A DNA stretch of 64,000 bases. Origin: a virus. The translations under genes were made by a program, and so were the position numbers. The notes beneath the pieces were generated by a model, which was not told the origin of the DNA, did no database searches, and worked only from the letters and a program-made list of their open reading frames with translations. The stretch covers positions 1-64,000 of the IMG/VR virus record IMGVR_UViG_3300027869_000006; one strand, 5' to 3'. Positions 1 to 9,528 of this stretch are shown in pieces (position 1 is the first letter of the stretch; every line of letters starts with the position of its first letter).

Positions 1-7
1 CACCCAG

Positions 8-376
8 GTGACCTGGGTGAAGGCTGTGGCTACTGCTCGTATAGACTGGCATTATAGCAGTGGAGTGGCACAGGTCTTGTACCTGGGGGATGAGAGTGAC
101 AAGACGCGGATTATACTCGCAATGAGGAAACTAGCATCTACCCTTCAGGGAACGATCTTACAGATGTTTACCCATACTGAGCCTTCTGGGCTCTATCGTG
201 CGGAAGTGACAGAAGTTCCGGCGGGGACGATTGCCACTTACTATGATGGTGGGGATACCTCAGCATATATTGTGGAGAAGCCTGTAAAGCCGTCTTGGCG
301 TAAGATCGCTTCCCAGGGGACTAGAACAGGAAGGAAGAAATGGTATGGAGCAGGAACGCTTTTTCCTCGCCCTTGA
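8..376 (+). CDS. hypothetical phage protein (may be 5'-truncated by window edge)
   Basis: 122-aa ORF overlapping the next gene; no recognisable motif. Confidence 0.5.
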   Translation: MTWVKAVATARIDWHYSSGVAQVLYLGDESDKTRIILAMRKLASTLQGTILQMFTHTEPSGLYRAEVTEVPAGTIATYYDGGDTSAYIVEKPVKPSWRKIASQGTRTGRKKWYGAGTLFPRP

Positions 377-2324
377 TTGTGGTGTCATCTCGGATGAAGA
401 AGTCCGAACGTATGAGACTGCCCCTGCTTATAGGCGTGCAAAAGCTGTCTGGCAACTGATGTATGATCAGGTGACTGGCAAGGGTGGATACCTCTCTACT
501 CGTACGACGATGGTGCATGGGCGCTGTTATTGCATAGCCTTCGGACATGACGTTCCTCGTGCTATTCAAATGCAGGTATTTCATCTCATGGATCGGTATC
601 GACAACAGCATCCTGGTCTTTCCTTTGCTCAGTTTCCAGAGCACACCATCGCGCTGAGTTTCCGAGATCGTGAACAAGTCCGCAAGGGTCGGAGTCCTGT
701 TGCGCTTTCCGTTTCTGAAACCGATGCTGGTGCATTGTATGAGCACCATGAGGCGCGAGTCATTGAGCAGGAAGCAGAGGCACCTGTTCCTATTGATCCA
801 CCATTTGAGAGTATCTCCCTTCTTCAGGCAGTCTGGTACCTCTGTCTTGACTTTGGAAAACATGATACTGAGTCAGACCGATGCTATCAGGAGACTCGTG
901 CACAACTTTCACGGGAACGCCTGGGGATTGGTGCACAGCAATGGCTGCTCGAAGGCCACCGCTATCTTCTCATTATCGGTGAAGAGGTCAGGCAATCCGT
1001 CAAGGATACTGTGACACTCCGGTTCCTTGGTTATCACTCTCGGTATGGTGCGGACTTTGTGAGATTACCGGAGCCACTTCTTCTTCGTCTCTGGATACAA
1101 CAGGAACCTCTGGTGGCAAAGACAGCACATGGAACCTCATTTGCGGAAACGAGTGCCCCCGATTTCCTTGAGATGGATGAGGCGATGCTTGCTATTGAGC
1201 CTATTTCTCCGCCTTCTCCTCCCGCATCTCCTGATTTCAAAGCCAAGAAGACCCGTCCCTTCTTGGAACGCTACTATACTGTGCGCCGCCTCTACAGTGA
1301 ACGCAAGGCGGGAGAAATGGAGCGAAGTGGAGCAACCCGTGAAGAGAAACGCGCCACTATTGCGGTCGAGCAGGCGCTTATCCTGGCCGCCAGCACTGCC
1401 AAAAAGTACCGCTTTGCCAATTCCGCCCTGGCTATGATTACGACACTCATGGAGCAGGAAACAGGGACGACGATCAGGACGCTCCCTGAGATGGGTATCT
1501 TTCTTGAGTTTGCTGCCCCGCTCGACCTGGGGGTCTATTCCCCCATCGGTGGCCTCTTCTTTGTCTCGCCCGTCACTGCATTCCGGCAGTTCACCGATAA
1601 CCTCCGATCAGTTTTTGCTCTGGCTCAAGCATATCAGGAAGCCGCGCAGGGCATTTGGATACTGAACGTTTTGGAAGAGGACGGTGACATTCTTCTCTCT
1701 CTCATTTATGATAGCGAACGGCGGGCCTGGAAACTGCCGGAAATTCGCACGTGCCCTGACAATGCATGTAAGCAAATCATGACAGTAGAGGAGCAGGTCA
1801 AGAACGGGGCATTCACGATCTGGCAGATGTGTCCCAAGTGCGAGAAGATTGCTCGCTACTTTGCACGGTGGCTTCCGATTGCACTGCTTGCCATTGAGGG
1901 CGAGTTTGCTGAAGAAGCAGAACCTGTTGAGCGGGAAGTCACTGAGACCATCACGCGCAAGGAGAAGCGTAAGGACAGTGGCAAGTATGACGAACGCAAG
2001 GAAGAGGTATGGTTCAAGATCGTCACGTTCGATGCCTCAGTGAAACGCAAAGAAAGAGAGAGAGAGACCGGGGCAGAGCGGAGCGAGGTATCAGGTACGT
2101 CCTGGCTTGATCTTGCAATTGCTCAGAATACCGTGGTGTATGTCCGCAGGCACTTTGGGAAGAGTACCAGAAACCTTGACCCGGCTCGTAATTCCCGTTG
2201 GAAGTATGCTCGCGAAGTCAAGGTGCGCGATTATGACAAACGTGTGCCTATGACGGTGGCTCACTTACAGAAGGTCATCACCAAAGTAGTGGCGAGCAAG
2301 TATGAGCAACCTGTAGAGGTGTGA
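345..2324 (+). CDS. hypothetical protein, 659 aa, with a CxxxxC...CxxC Zn-ribbon-like motif
   Basis: Long ORF with purine-rich RBS; motif TCPDNAC...MCPKC. Confidence 0.8.
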   Translation: MEQERFFLALDCGVISDEEVRTYETAPAYRRAKAVWQLMYDQVTGKGGYLSTRTTMVHGRCYCIAFGHDVPRAIQMQVFHLMDRYRQQHPGLSFAQFPEHTIALSFRDREQVRKGRSPVALSVSETDAGALYEHHEARVIEQEAEAPVPIDPPFESISLLQAVWYLCLDFGKHDTESDRCYQETRAQLSRERLGIGAQQWLLEGHRYLLIIGEEVRQSVKDTVTLRFLGYHSRYGADFVRLPEPLLLRLWIQQEPLVAKTAHGTSFAETSAPDFLEMDEAMLAIEPISPPSPPASPDFKAKKTRPFLERYYTVRRLYSERKAGEMERSGATREEKRATIAVEQALILAASTAKKYRFANSALAMITTLMEQETGTTIRTLPEMGIFLEFAAPLDLGVYSPIGGLFFVSPVTAFRQFTDNLRSVFALAQAYQEAAQGIWILNVLEEDGDILLSLIYDSERRAWKLPEIRTCPDNACKQIMTVEEQVKNGAFTIWQMCPKCEKIARYFARWLPIALLAIEGEFAEEAEPVEREVTETITRKEKRKDSGKYDERKEEVWFKIVTFDASVKRKERERETGAERSEVSGTSWLDLAIAQNTVVYVRRHFGKSTRNLDPARNSRWKYAREVKVRDYDKRVPMTVAHLQKVITKVVASKYEQPVEV

Positions 2325-2634
2325 GAGAGAAAAAGATCATGGAACTACACGTCGGTATGTACATCGAGCGCACGCAGGCCTGTCATCCTGATACTGGTGA
2401 TGGGCACATGAATAGTCTGTGCGGAGCTACGTTTCAGATTACAGAGATGGCAGAGGGCTTTCTCATGACGACCTGTTGTGCAAGTAACGAGTAAGGGTAT
2501 CCCCCAGTAGGCTCGGTCTGGGGGCACCCTACCAGGTACTTTCTGGATGATACGTACTATAGAATACTGTCGCATGGCCTGTAGCACCAATCTAAACAGA
2601 AGTGCAGATATCAAAAGACAAGAAGGATGAGGGA

Positions 2635-3378
2635 ATGTATCTAGATTTGGAAGGTATCATGAGAAAAGTGCCACCCCCGCCTGATTTGCCAGTTTCCCAG
2701 ACGGAGAATCCGTACTGGGATATTGTGCGTACCATCCCTGGCAATGGCATTGACTGGAAATATGACCGTATATGGGCACCTGATTGGACTGCTACGTACT
2801 TCGATGATGATGGAAGACTCTTGCCGCCGAAGCAGCACATTGACCGCAATGAACTGAATGGAGAGTATACCTGGGCAATCCCCGATCCTATCTCACTTGA
2901 GTTTGTGGCAAAGTGGCTTGCACCCAAAGCGGTAGAAATGGGAGCAGGGACAGGGTATTGGTGTTGGCAACTAACCCAACTAGGGGTTGATATGCTCGCA
3001 TTTGATAAGAAGCCACCAAATAAGACTATCAATCACTGGCATAGCCCGCGTACCCCCGAAGGGGATGCCTTCTCAGGTGAGATGCGACAAACGTACCATG
3101 AAGTCCGGCAAGGCACGCCCTTACAACTTCGCCGAATGCTTGATCGCACCTTGTTTCTCAGTTGGCCGCCAATGGACACGATGGCCGCCCTTTGCCTGAA
3201 GCACTACCAGGGCAAGCGAGTGGTGTATATCGGTGAGGGTGACGGCGGCTGTACTGCCACTTCTGCCTTTTTCGAGCAACTAGAAGCAGAGTGGAAAGAG
3301 GTAGCAGAGCATAGGATTGTGCAATGGTGGAGTATCCATGACTACATCACCGTCTATGAGAGAGAGAAAGATGTATGA
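2635..3378 (+). CDS. class I SAM-dependent methyltransferase-like protein
   Basis: Motif-I-like VEMGAGTGYW, plus LFLSWPP and YIGEGDGGCT; ATG at 2635 follows GAGGG. Confidence 0.65.
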   Translation: MYLDLEGIMRKVPPPPDLPVSQTENPYWDIVRTIPGNGIDWKYDRIWAPDWTATYFDDDGRLLPPKQHIDRNELNGEYTWAIPDPISLEFVAKWLAPKAVEMGAGTGYWCWQLTQLGVDMLAFDKKPPNKTINHWHSPRTPEGDAFSGEMRQTYHEVRQGTPLQLRRMLDRTLFLSWPPMDTMAALCLKHYQGKRVVYIGEGDGGCTATSAFFEQLEAEWKEVAEHRIVQWWSIHDYITVYEREKDV

Positions 3379-3578
3379 TACCGCCTGAAGAAATGACCCT
3401 TGAATTAGCAATAGCGGAACTTCGTTCTATGGCCGAATCACTGGAAATCGATGTACCAAGTGATGCGGGATATGTGGAACAATTGCAGGTGATTATTGAC
3501 TTCCTGGTTCTTTTCGGTGACGCGCTTAAAGAGGGTATGAACGGGCTAATTGAGTCATTATCACCAAAGACCAATTGA
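3375..3578 (+). CDS. hypothetical protein
   Basis: ATGA overlap with upstream stop. Confidence 0.6.
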   Translation: MIPPEEMTLELAIAELRSMAESLEIDVPSDAGYVEQLQVIIDFLVLFGDALKEGMNGLIESLSPKTN

Positions 3579-3628
3579 TTACCATCAACCCCGATTTTTA
3601 GTACACGAAGGAAGGAGCAGAGAGAGGT

Positions 3629-4012
3629 ATGCCAAGAACCTGGACAGAAGTTGTTACCTTACAAGAAACGAGCTGCTGTGTATGTGGCATCACATTTGCC
3701 GTTCCCAAAGATTGGCTAGAAGCCAGGCACCGGAGCGGCAAAGAGTTCCGGTGTCCAAATGGAGATGTGTTGTTGTACCATGAAACAACCGAAATGCAAC
3801 TCCGCAAGGAACTGACAGCCGAGCAGAAACGCATCCAGGCGCTTGAGTTGCAACTGACAAGCGCACAAGATCAGTTAGAGGCGTCCAAGCGTGAGATGAA
3901 GCGACACCAGAAACGCATTGCCAATGGTGTGTGCCCCTGCTGCCATCGCTCATTTGTGCAATTGCAACGGCATATGAAGACGCAACACCCTGAGTATGTC
4001 AAAGGCAAGTAG
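3629..4012 (+). CDS. Zn-finger/coiled-coil protein with C-terminal C2H2 finger
   Basis: CCVC...CPNG, coiled coil, then CPCCHRSFVQLQRHMKTQH. Confidence 0.75.
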   Translation: MPRTWTEVVTLQETSCCVCGITFAVPKDWLEARHRSGKEFRCPNGDVLLYHETTEMQLRKELTAEQKRIQALELQLTSAQDQLEASKREMKRHQKRIANGVCPCCHRSFVQLQRHMKTQHPEYVKGK

Positions 4013-4083
4013 CCCTTCAAATGGCCTGTAGAGCCAGTCTTGATGTAATGTGCATTGCCAATAATACGGAAAGGAAAATTGAG

Positions 4084-4278
4084 ATGTCACCCTTTATACT
4101 ATTGTGTATCAATCTTACAGCCTGCTTGATAAGTATGTTTATGACAGGTTGGTCGCTGGGAAGAATATCACGCATCGGGAAGCGGTTCTATATCGCTGTT
4201 CTTGGAAATGCAGGGGCTTTTCTTTTGAACTTTGTGCTCGTGTTGGTACATTTACAAACGTTAGGGGTATTCCATTGA
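4084..4278 (+). CDS. small membrane protein (2 TM)
   Basis: Two hydrophobic segments; AAGGA upstream. Confidence 0.55.
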   Translation: MSPFILLCINLTACLISMFMTGWSLGRISRIGKRFYIAVLGNAGAFLLNFVLVLVHLQTLGVFH

Positions 4279-4345
4279 AGCGGCCTGTGAAGCCAGAGTA
4301 GCTATAATGCGCGTTCCCAAGAGTTAAGGAAAGAGAGGGAGAGAG

Positions 4346-4564
4346 ATGATGCGAGACCGTCAACTCATGCCAGTTGCCAAGGCTGTTGAGCGAGTAGAAC
4401 GGGCTACTGATGAACTTGAGGAATTGCTCAATCGCCACGATGGAACCCCTGGAAAGAAAGACAAGCAGCGGCGGGCGGAACTTGCTTCCACACTCATGTC
4501 CTTGTTGGCAGAGTGGTATGAGATTGTGCCACCGTACTTAGATCAGCCTGTAGAGCCTGAGTAG
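4346..4564 (+). CDS. hypothetical protein
   Basis: GGGAG RBS; helical 72-aa ORF. Confidence 0.6.
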   Translation: MMRDRQLMPVAKAVERVERATDELEELLNRHDGTPGKKDKQRRAELASTLMSLLAEWYEIVPPYLDQPVEPE

Positions 4565-4652
4565 ACATAACGGGCCTTCCCAAGAGTTACCTAAATCAGC
4601 CTGTAAAGCGGAACAGGAAATGTCTCTCTCTCGCCTTCAAGAAGGAGTATCT

Positions 4653-5033
4653 ATGGCAACTATCAAATATCTTGACCCCGAATGGTGGGTAGCAAATACG
4701 ATCAATGTGACCACGTTTCGCTATAAGGGTAAAACCTATACCATCTCTACCGTGAGACTTTCAGCAGTAGCCGATCCGGTGATGCGCCGCTATTCGCGAT
4801 TCCTGACCGAACTTGGTGACACGATGACGGGCAATACTGCCTTGACCGATAAGGACTATGAGACCATGCTTTTCATTGATGGGGAAAGTACTGGTGATGC
4901 GGTCTATCCCTTTGGTGATCTCCCAGGAAACAAGAAACAAGGAACCTACGTGCGCTATGATACAGAGGATCAGGCACGTGATGGACATCAGGAGTTTGTA
5001 AGTCAGGTCAAGCACATACTCACAGGAGAGTGA
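4653..5033 (+). CDS. hypothetical phage protein
   Basis: AAGGAG RBS before ATG 4653; YETMLF...RY.TE.QA..GH motif. Confidence 0.7.
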   Translation: MATIKYLDPEWWVANTINVTTFRYKGKTYTISTVRLSAVADPVMRRYSRFLTELGDTMTGNTALTDKDYETMLFIDGESTGDAVYPFGDLPGNKKQGTYVRYDTEDQARDGHQEFVSQVKHILTGE

Positions 5034-5122
5034 GAGAGACTCCCCACCCCGCCTATAGAGCCGAAGTAGGTATATGGGCACTTGCCAGCCATCACTTTGC
5101 TATTGTACAGAAAGACACAGAC

Positions 5123-5491
5123 ATGAGAATAATCAAGTTTCGAGCTTGGAGTATCACATCGAAAAAGATGCTAGACAGAGTGCTTGCAGGGCCAGGCGAC
5201 CCGTGTAGCATCGTATGGGATGAAGGACGTGAGGAATGGCTCAACTTTGATGAGTTTTGTGGCAGCATTATGCAATTCACTGGACTCACTGACAAGAATG
5301 GCAAAGAAATGTATGAGGGTGATATCGTGATGTGGGATGAAGGACAATACACGATTACCTTTTCGCAACAGGACGGGAGTTGGATTTTGAAAGATGATCG
5401 AGATGACTGGGAATGTCCCTCTCTCTATGGAGTCAGTAGTCCAGCACAATCAAGGATAGAAGTCATTGGTAACATCTATGAGACAGTATAA
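5123..5491 (+). CDS. YopX family protein
   Basis: IKFRAW...MQFTGLTDKNGKEMYEGDIV...IEVIGNIYE. Confidence 0.9.
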   Translation: MRIIKFRAWSITSKKMLDRVLAGPGDPCSIVWDEGREEWLNFDEFCGSIMQFTGLTDKNGKEMYEGDIVMWDEGQYTITFSQQDGSWILKDDRDDWECPSLYGVSSPAQSRIEVIGNIYETV

Positions 5492-5804
5492 ATATCGTGC
5501 CTGGGATGGCAAGCACATGGACTATGACTATCGTGATGTTAGTCTGTGGAATGGGATATTGGTTGCAGAAGGTGATACCATCCTCATGGAGTGGACGGGT
5601 CTAAAAGACAAACAGGGCAGGGAAATCTATGAAGGGGATGTTCTCTACTGGAATGGATGGAAGGGCTCAGTCTACTGGGATGAAGTCTTTGCATCTTGGC
5701 GTGCTTTTAAGATCGGCTCACTGGGTGGCATTCCAAATCTTGAGGTTATTGGCAACTTCTATGAACAGTCTGGACTACTTGACAATCCGCAAAGTGTCCT
5801 TTGA
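5478..5804 (+). CDS. YopX family protein (second, tandem copy)
   Basis: YKYRAWD...MEWTGLKDKQGREIYEGDVL...LEVIGNFYE. Confidence 0.9.
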   Translation: MRQYKYRAWDGKHMDYDYRDVSLWNGILVAEGDTILMEWTGLKDKQGREIYEGDVLYWNGWKGSVYWDEVFASWRAFKIGSLGGIPNLEVIGNFYEQSGLLDNPQSVL

Positions 5805-5864
5805 TATCAGGGCTTCTGAGTACACTAGAAAGCTCAACCATACCTAGAGAGGAAGGAAGGTACC

Positions 5865-6116
5865 GTGGTCTCTTTTGCGGAACTCTACCACCATCAACTC
5901 AATGAAGTGCTCAAGTGGCAGGAACGCGCGAATACTCTCCACCTGGAAAACCTGAAGTTGCGAACACTCCTACAAGAGTATCAGATCCTCATTAAGTCAG
6001 GTGCCTACGTGCCCGTGCCTTTTCAGGAAGAGAGGACACACTTTGAGCAGTGGCTCTTGCAACGAAGCGACTTGTACGAGCGTGGGAAGATACTGCTCGG
6101 AAAAGAGGAGGAATGA
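5865..6116 (+). CDS. hypothetical protein
   Basis: GGAAGG RBS, GTG start. Confidence 0.6.
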   Translation: MVSFAELYHHQLNEVLKWQERANTLHLENLKLRTLLQEYQILIKSGAYVPVPFQEERTHFEQWLLQRSDLYERGKILLGKEEE

Positions 6117-6232
6117 CCATTGACGATGCCCTACGCTTTACAGAACGGGCGCGGGAAAGCCCCTGTGTTTTAACCAGGGGATGAAAGCGCCCTTCCTTCT
6201 TTGGGGCATGGGCACCGGGGCACCCTTGCCAC

Positions 6233-6261
6233 TTGACATTTGTTCTAGTTTGTGCTAAAAT
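6233..6261 (+). promoter_or_regulatory. sigma70-type promoter for leaderless tnpB
   Basis: TTGACA-N17-TAAAAT with extended -10 TG; ATG begins 7 nt after the -10. Confidence 0.75.
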
Positions 6262-6267
6262 CTGAGT

Positions 6268-7389
6268 ATGCGTAAAATGTTTCAGTATCGGATTCTCCCA
6301 ACGAAGAAGCAAGAAAAGAAGCTGAACGAGACGCTCGAAGAGTGTCGTTGGCTGTATAACCATCTGCTTGCTACTCGCAAGGATACCTATGAGCAGCATG
6401 GGGAAAGTCTCTCGCTCTATGAGCAACAAGCCACCTTTCCGATACTGAAACAGGAGCGCCCCTCCCTTCAAGATGTCCATTCCCAGGTGTTGCAAAATGT
6501 CGCAGTGCGCGTTGACCTGGCCTTTAAAGCCTTCTTTCGTCGCATCAGGGAGCGTGCTGAAGAACCTGGGTTCCCCCGCTTCAAGGGCTATAGGCGCTAC
6601 GATAGTTTCACGTTTCCGCAATCGGGCTTTTCCATCACACATGACAACCGTATCTGCCTCTCCAAGATTGGCAGTATCAAGATGGTCTACCATCGCCCGA
6701 TCAAAGGGAAGATCAAAACCCTCACTATCCGCAGAAGTAGTACAGGCAAGTGGTATGCCTCGTTCTCGTGTGAGGTAGAACCTCTTCGTTTGCCAGAACG
6801 CCCCGAACAGGTTGGGGTTGACGTAGGACTCAAGACCTTTGCCACGCTTAGTACAGGTGAAGAGATTGCGAACCCTAGGTTTTTCCGCAAGGAAGAGAAG
6901 GCATTGGCAAAAGTCCAACGCAGACACTCCAAACTTGCCAAAGGCTCCCCCGAACGGCACAAGCACCGCAAGGTAGTCGCCCGCGTCCATGAACGTATCA
7001 CTTTTCGACGGGAGAACTTCACCCATCAGCAAAGCCGTCGCATTGTCGATAGCTTCGGCGTGATCTGCGTCGAGGACTTGCAGGTCAACCGAATGGTACA
7101 TAACCATTGTCTTGCTAAAAGTATTGTAGATGCCTCGTGGTCGGCATTTTTCAGTCAACTTTCTTGCAAAGCGGAAGAAGCTGGTAGGAAGTACGTGGCT
7201 GTGAACCCGGCCTATACGAGTCAAACATGCAACACCTGTGGACATCGCCAGCAGATGCCTTTGGATATCCGTGTATTCGATTGTCCGTGCTGCTCTGTTC
7301 ATATCGATCGAGACTTCAATGCTGCCTTGAATATTCGTGCCGTGGGACTACACGGCCTGGGCTTGTCCCTAGAAGCCCCCGTGCTTTAG
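6268..7389 (+). CDS. tnpB: RNA-guided endonuclease TnpB
   Basis: HTH N-terminus; RuvC motifs GVDVG, VEDL, DRDFNAALNI; Zn finger CNTC/CPCC. Confidence 0.95.
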   Translation: MRKMFQYRILPTKKQEKKLNETLEECRWLYNHLLATRKDTYEQHGESLSLYEQQATFPILKQERPSLQDVHSQVLQNVAVRVDLAFKAFFRRIRERAEEPGFPRFKGYRRYDSFTFPQSGFSITHDNRICLSKIGSIKMVYHRPIKGKIKTLTIRRSSTGKWYASFSCEVEPLRLPERPEQVGVDVGLKTFATLSTGEEIANPRFFRKEEKALAKVQRRHSKLAKGSPERHKHRKVVARVHERITFRRENFTHQQSRRIVDSFGVICVEDLQVNRMVHNHCLAKSIVDASWSAFFSQLSCKAEEAGRKYVAVNPAYTSQTCNTCGHRQQMPLDIRVFDCPCCSVHIDRDFNAALNIRAVGLHGLGLSLEAPVL

Positions 7390-7668
7390 CCGGGGGAGTA
7401 GTCACAGGTTGTGCCGTCTATGAAGATGGGCACTGTATCACTTCTGTAGAGCGCCTAACAGATGACTCATTTCTTGTTATGACCAGGCGTGGGGTTTGTA
7501 TCTTGCAGTGCCAGTTGGTCTCGAAAAGCAACCTCGTGCGCGTCCTCCCTCTCCACTATACAAGTGAATGGATACCAGGCAGGGTATACTTTGAACTCCT
7601 TCACACCCCTTGACTGCTCTTTTTCGTATGGTACACTAGTGAGCATCAACGCACAAAAGGGGGAGAGC

Positions 7669-8247
7669 ATGACACAAGATGAAACAGGGGAGGTCACCTT
7701 AACGACGGAGCAGGTAGCACATATCATTGGCCGCGCCCCTTCCACGACGCGCAATATGTTGGCGGAGAACGAGATCATCTCTACACTCGTGATGGGTCGA
7801 GGACATGGTAAACGCCAGGTGGCCCTCCAGGATGTGCTGGACTACTGCCGGAAAGCAGGTATCACCCCCGATCTTTCCGGTCTCTCTCTCACTGCTCTCC
7901 CCCAAACGGTACAAGAGTCTGGGACGGTGACCAGCTCGCCCCCACTCACCGAGCAACATGCCGACGCTGATCCGTTCCTGGGTGACAAGAAGTATGAAAA
8001 CTTGGAGTATTACGACGTAGAAGAGGAGCAGGGTGATGGCTATAGAGATGAGGAAGGCTATACCTACGAGGATGAGTTCGGGAATCAGATCGGCAATGAA
8101 CACCACGAGTTTGTCTTCATCGACCGGCTGAACATGCTGCACTGCCGGTTCTGTCCCCTGGCCTATCACTTTGAGCGTGATGCAAACAAACATCCAGCAA
8201 CCTGGGTCATGGTGCAGGTGCCGGTACGGGAGCATGCCGATGTATGA
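7669..8247 (+). CDS. HTH (excisionase/MerR-like) domain protein with acidic C-terminal part
   Basis: LTTEQVAHIIGRAPSTTRNML; GGGGAG RBS; TTGACT-N16-TACACT upstream. Confidence 0.7.
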   Translation: MTQDETGEVTLTTEQVAHIIGRAPSTTRNMLAENEIISTLVMGRGHGKRQVALQDVLDYCRKAGITPDLSGLSLTALPQTVQESGTVTSSPPLTEQHADADPFLGDKKYENLEYYDVEEEQGDGYRDEEGYTYEDEFGNQIGNEHHEFVFIDRLNMLHCRFCPLAYHFERDANKHPATWVMVQVPVREHADV

Positions 8248-8461
8248 GCACGAGGAAACCGATGAGTTGTTAACGGTCCATGAGGTTGCGAGACGGCTAC
8301 GGGTCGATGATACCACTGTCCGAAGATGGCTCAAATCCGGGGCGATGGAATCGGTAACACTCCCTCACAAAGGCAAGCGGCGGGCCTATCGTATCAAAAA
8401 GTCCACACTCACAGCCCTCCTGAATGCTCCCATCATTGAGGCTCCTTACATCGATGGGTAG
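8234..8461 (+). CDS. excisionase-like HTH_17 DNA-binding protein
   Basis: LLTVHEVARRLRVDDTTVRRWLKSG. Confidence 0.85.
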   Translation: MPMYEHEETDELLTVHEVARRLRVDDTTVRRWLKSGAMESVTLPHKGKRRAYRIKKSTLTALLNAPIIEAPYIDG

Positions 8462-8750
8462 ATAGATCGTACATACCGGTATGTCTACAATCACCATAAT
8501 TTCTCTCTGTCCCTATTTTGGCTCCAAAACATTTGAGTAGTGCGCTTCTTTTCCGTCTTCTCAGGTAGAGACCACCAACGGGTCTCGTGTTGAGAGATGG
8601 ATACTCATCCTGTAGCCCGCCCTTTACGCCGCCTCGTACCTGTCCTGCTTCACCTGGCCTTGTGTTATGTCTTTTGTCACGCGGCTTTCCACGAAAGGGT
8701 GGAATGATGAGGAGCGGGTAGCTATGCTGGTGCTGCCCGCTCGCTCTTCC

Positions 8751-9068
8751 TCAGTTCTTTTCCAACTTTGTGGGCTGTCCTTTTCCGCGTCGAGGAACAA
8801 GTGAGAGCTGAAACACATCTTCCATCCTGTAGGTATTGTAGCGGCTGGTACTTTGTTTACCTCCGATAGGAATGAGACTATTGGTGAAGACCCGGCTACG
8901 TACTGTCCCTGATGTATAAGTATAGTCGATGCCCTGCTCCGCCTTAGCCCGCCAGGTGAGTAAGCGAGCCGTCTCCTCCGTTGAAATGCCCTGCTCCACC
9001 CCCACCGGTGAAATTCCTAACTGATGTAAGATTGCCAGCATTCTCTGCTGCGTATAATAGCGGGCCAT
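8751..9068 (-). CDS. putative DNA-binding regulator (MerR/Xis-like), divergently transcribed
   Basis: AAGGAAGG RBS; ISTEETARLL...TVRS...YRMEDV. Confidence 0.6.
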   Translation of the reverse strand: MARYYTQQRMLAILHQLGISPVGVEQGISTEETARLLTWRAKAEQGIDYTYTSGTVRSRVFTNSLIPIGGKQSTSRYNTYRMEDVFQLSLVPRRGKGQPTKLEKN

Positions 9069-9109
9069 ATCATCATCCTTCCTTGTTCCTGCTCTCTCTG
9101 CTTCTCTTA

Positions 9110-9200
9110 ACTATACCAGATATGAGTTTCCTTTGTCAACGTCAAACTCATGTAAATGTACCCTAAAACTATTGACAAACTAACGATAATGTAGTATACT
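9110..9200. promoter_or_regulatory. back-to-back sigma70 promoters with an inverted-repeat operator
   Basis: + strand TTGACA(9172)-N17-TATACT(9195); - strand TTGACA(9139)-N18-TATAGT(9115); IR ATGAGTTT(9122)/AAACTCAT(9144). Confidence 0.75.
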
Positions 9201-9239
9201 TACTAGGTAAGAACAAAACAAACATGAAGGAGAACGACA

Positions 9240-9503
9240 ATGACAGAAGAGATCAGATACATCCAAGTAGATGAGACGCACAAGATTGAAGTGATGCCGA
9301 GTGGCAACTTTTATCCCCAACAGTTAGTGAATCCTCAATGGAAAGAGCACTATGAAGGATGGGGTTACTACAAAACTGGAAACCAACAAAAGCACTTCAA
9401 GACCGAAGTTGGAGCTCATAAGTTTCTAGCAGAGCAAGCGAATGCAGCAGTTATGAATCCCCGCCGATTGCCCGCTACAACGAAGCGTGGGTATCGCGGA
9501 TAG
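9240..9503 (+). CDS. hypothetical protein
   Basis: AAGGAG RBS; first gene after a consensus promoter. Confidence 0.7.
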   Translation: MTEEIRYIQVDETHKIEVMPSGNFYPQQLVNPQWKEHYEGWGYYKTGNQQKHFKTEVGAHKFLAEQANAAVMNPRRLPATTKRGYRG

Positions 9504-9528
9504 TTTTCAAAGCAGGAAGGAAATAGAC

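Larger units (their letters stand above)
6142..7405 (+). mobile_element. IS200/IS605-family tnpB-only (IS1341-like) element
   Basis: Left-end nested hairpin GGGCGC..CCCCTG/CAGGGG..GCGCCC after TTTAC; right-end hairpin CCCCCG..CGGGGG ending in TCAC at 7405; removal restores an in-frame gene. Confidence 0.85.
6113..7613 (+). pseudogene. 78-aa gene interrupted by the tnpB IS
   Basis: Joining 6113-6141 to 7406-7613 gives MTIDDALRFT-GCAVYEDGHC...LLHTP* in frame; GAGGAG RBS upstream. Confidence 0.75.

Noticed and set aside
5992-7302. 436-aa antisense ORF to tnpB (also 56354-57334)
   Set aside because: Shadow ORFs typical of tnpB antisense strands.
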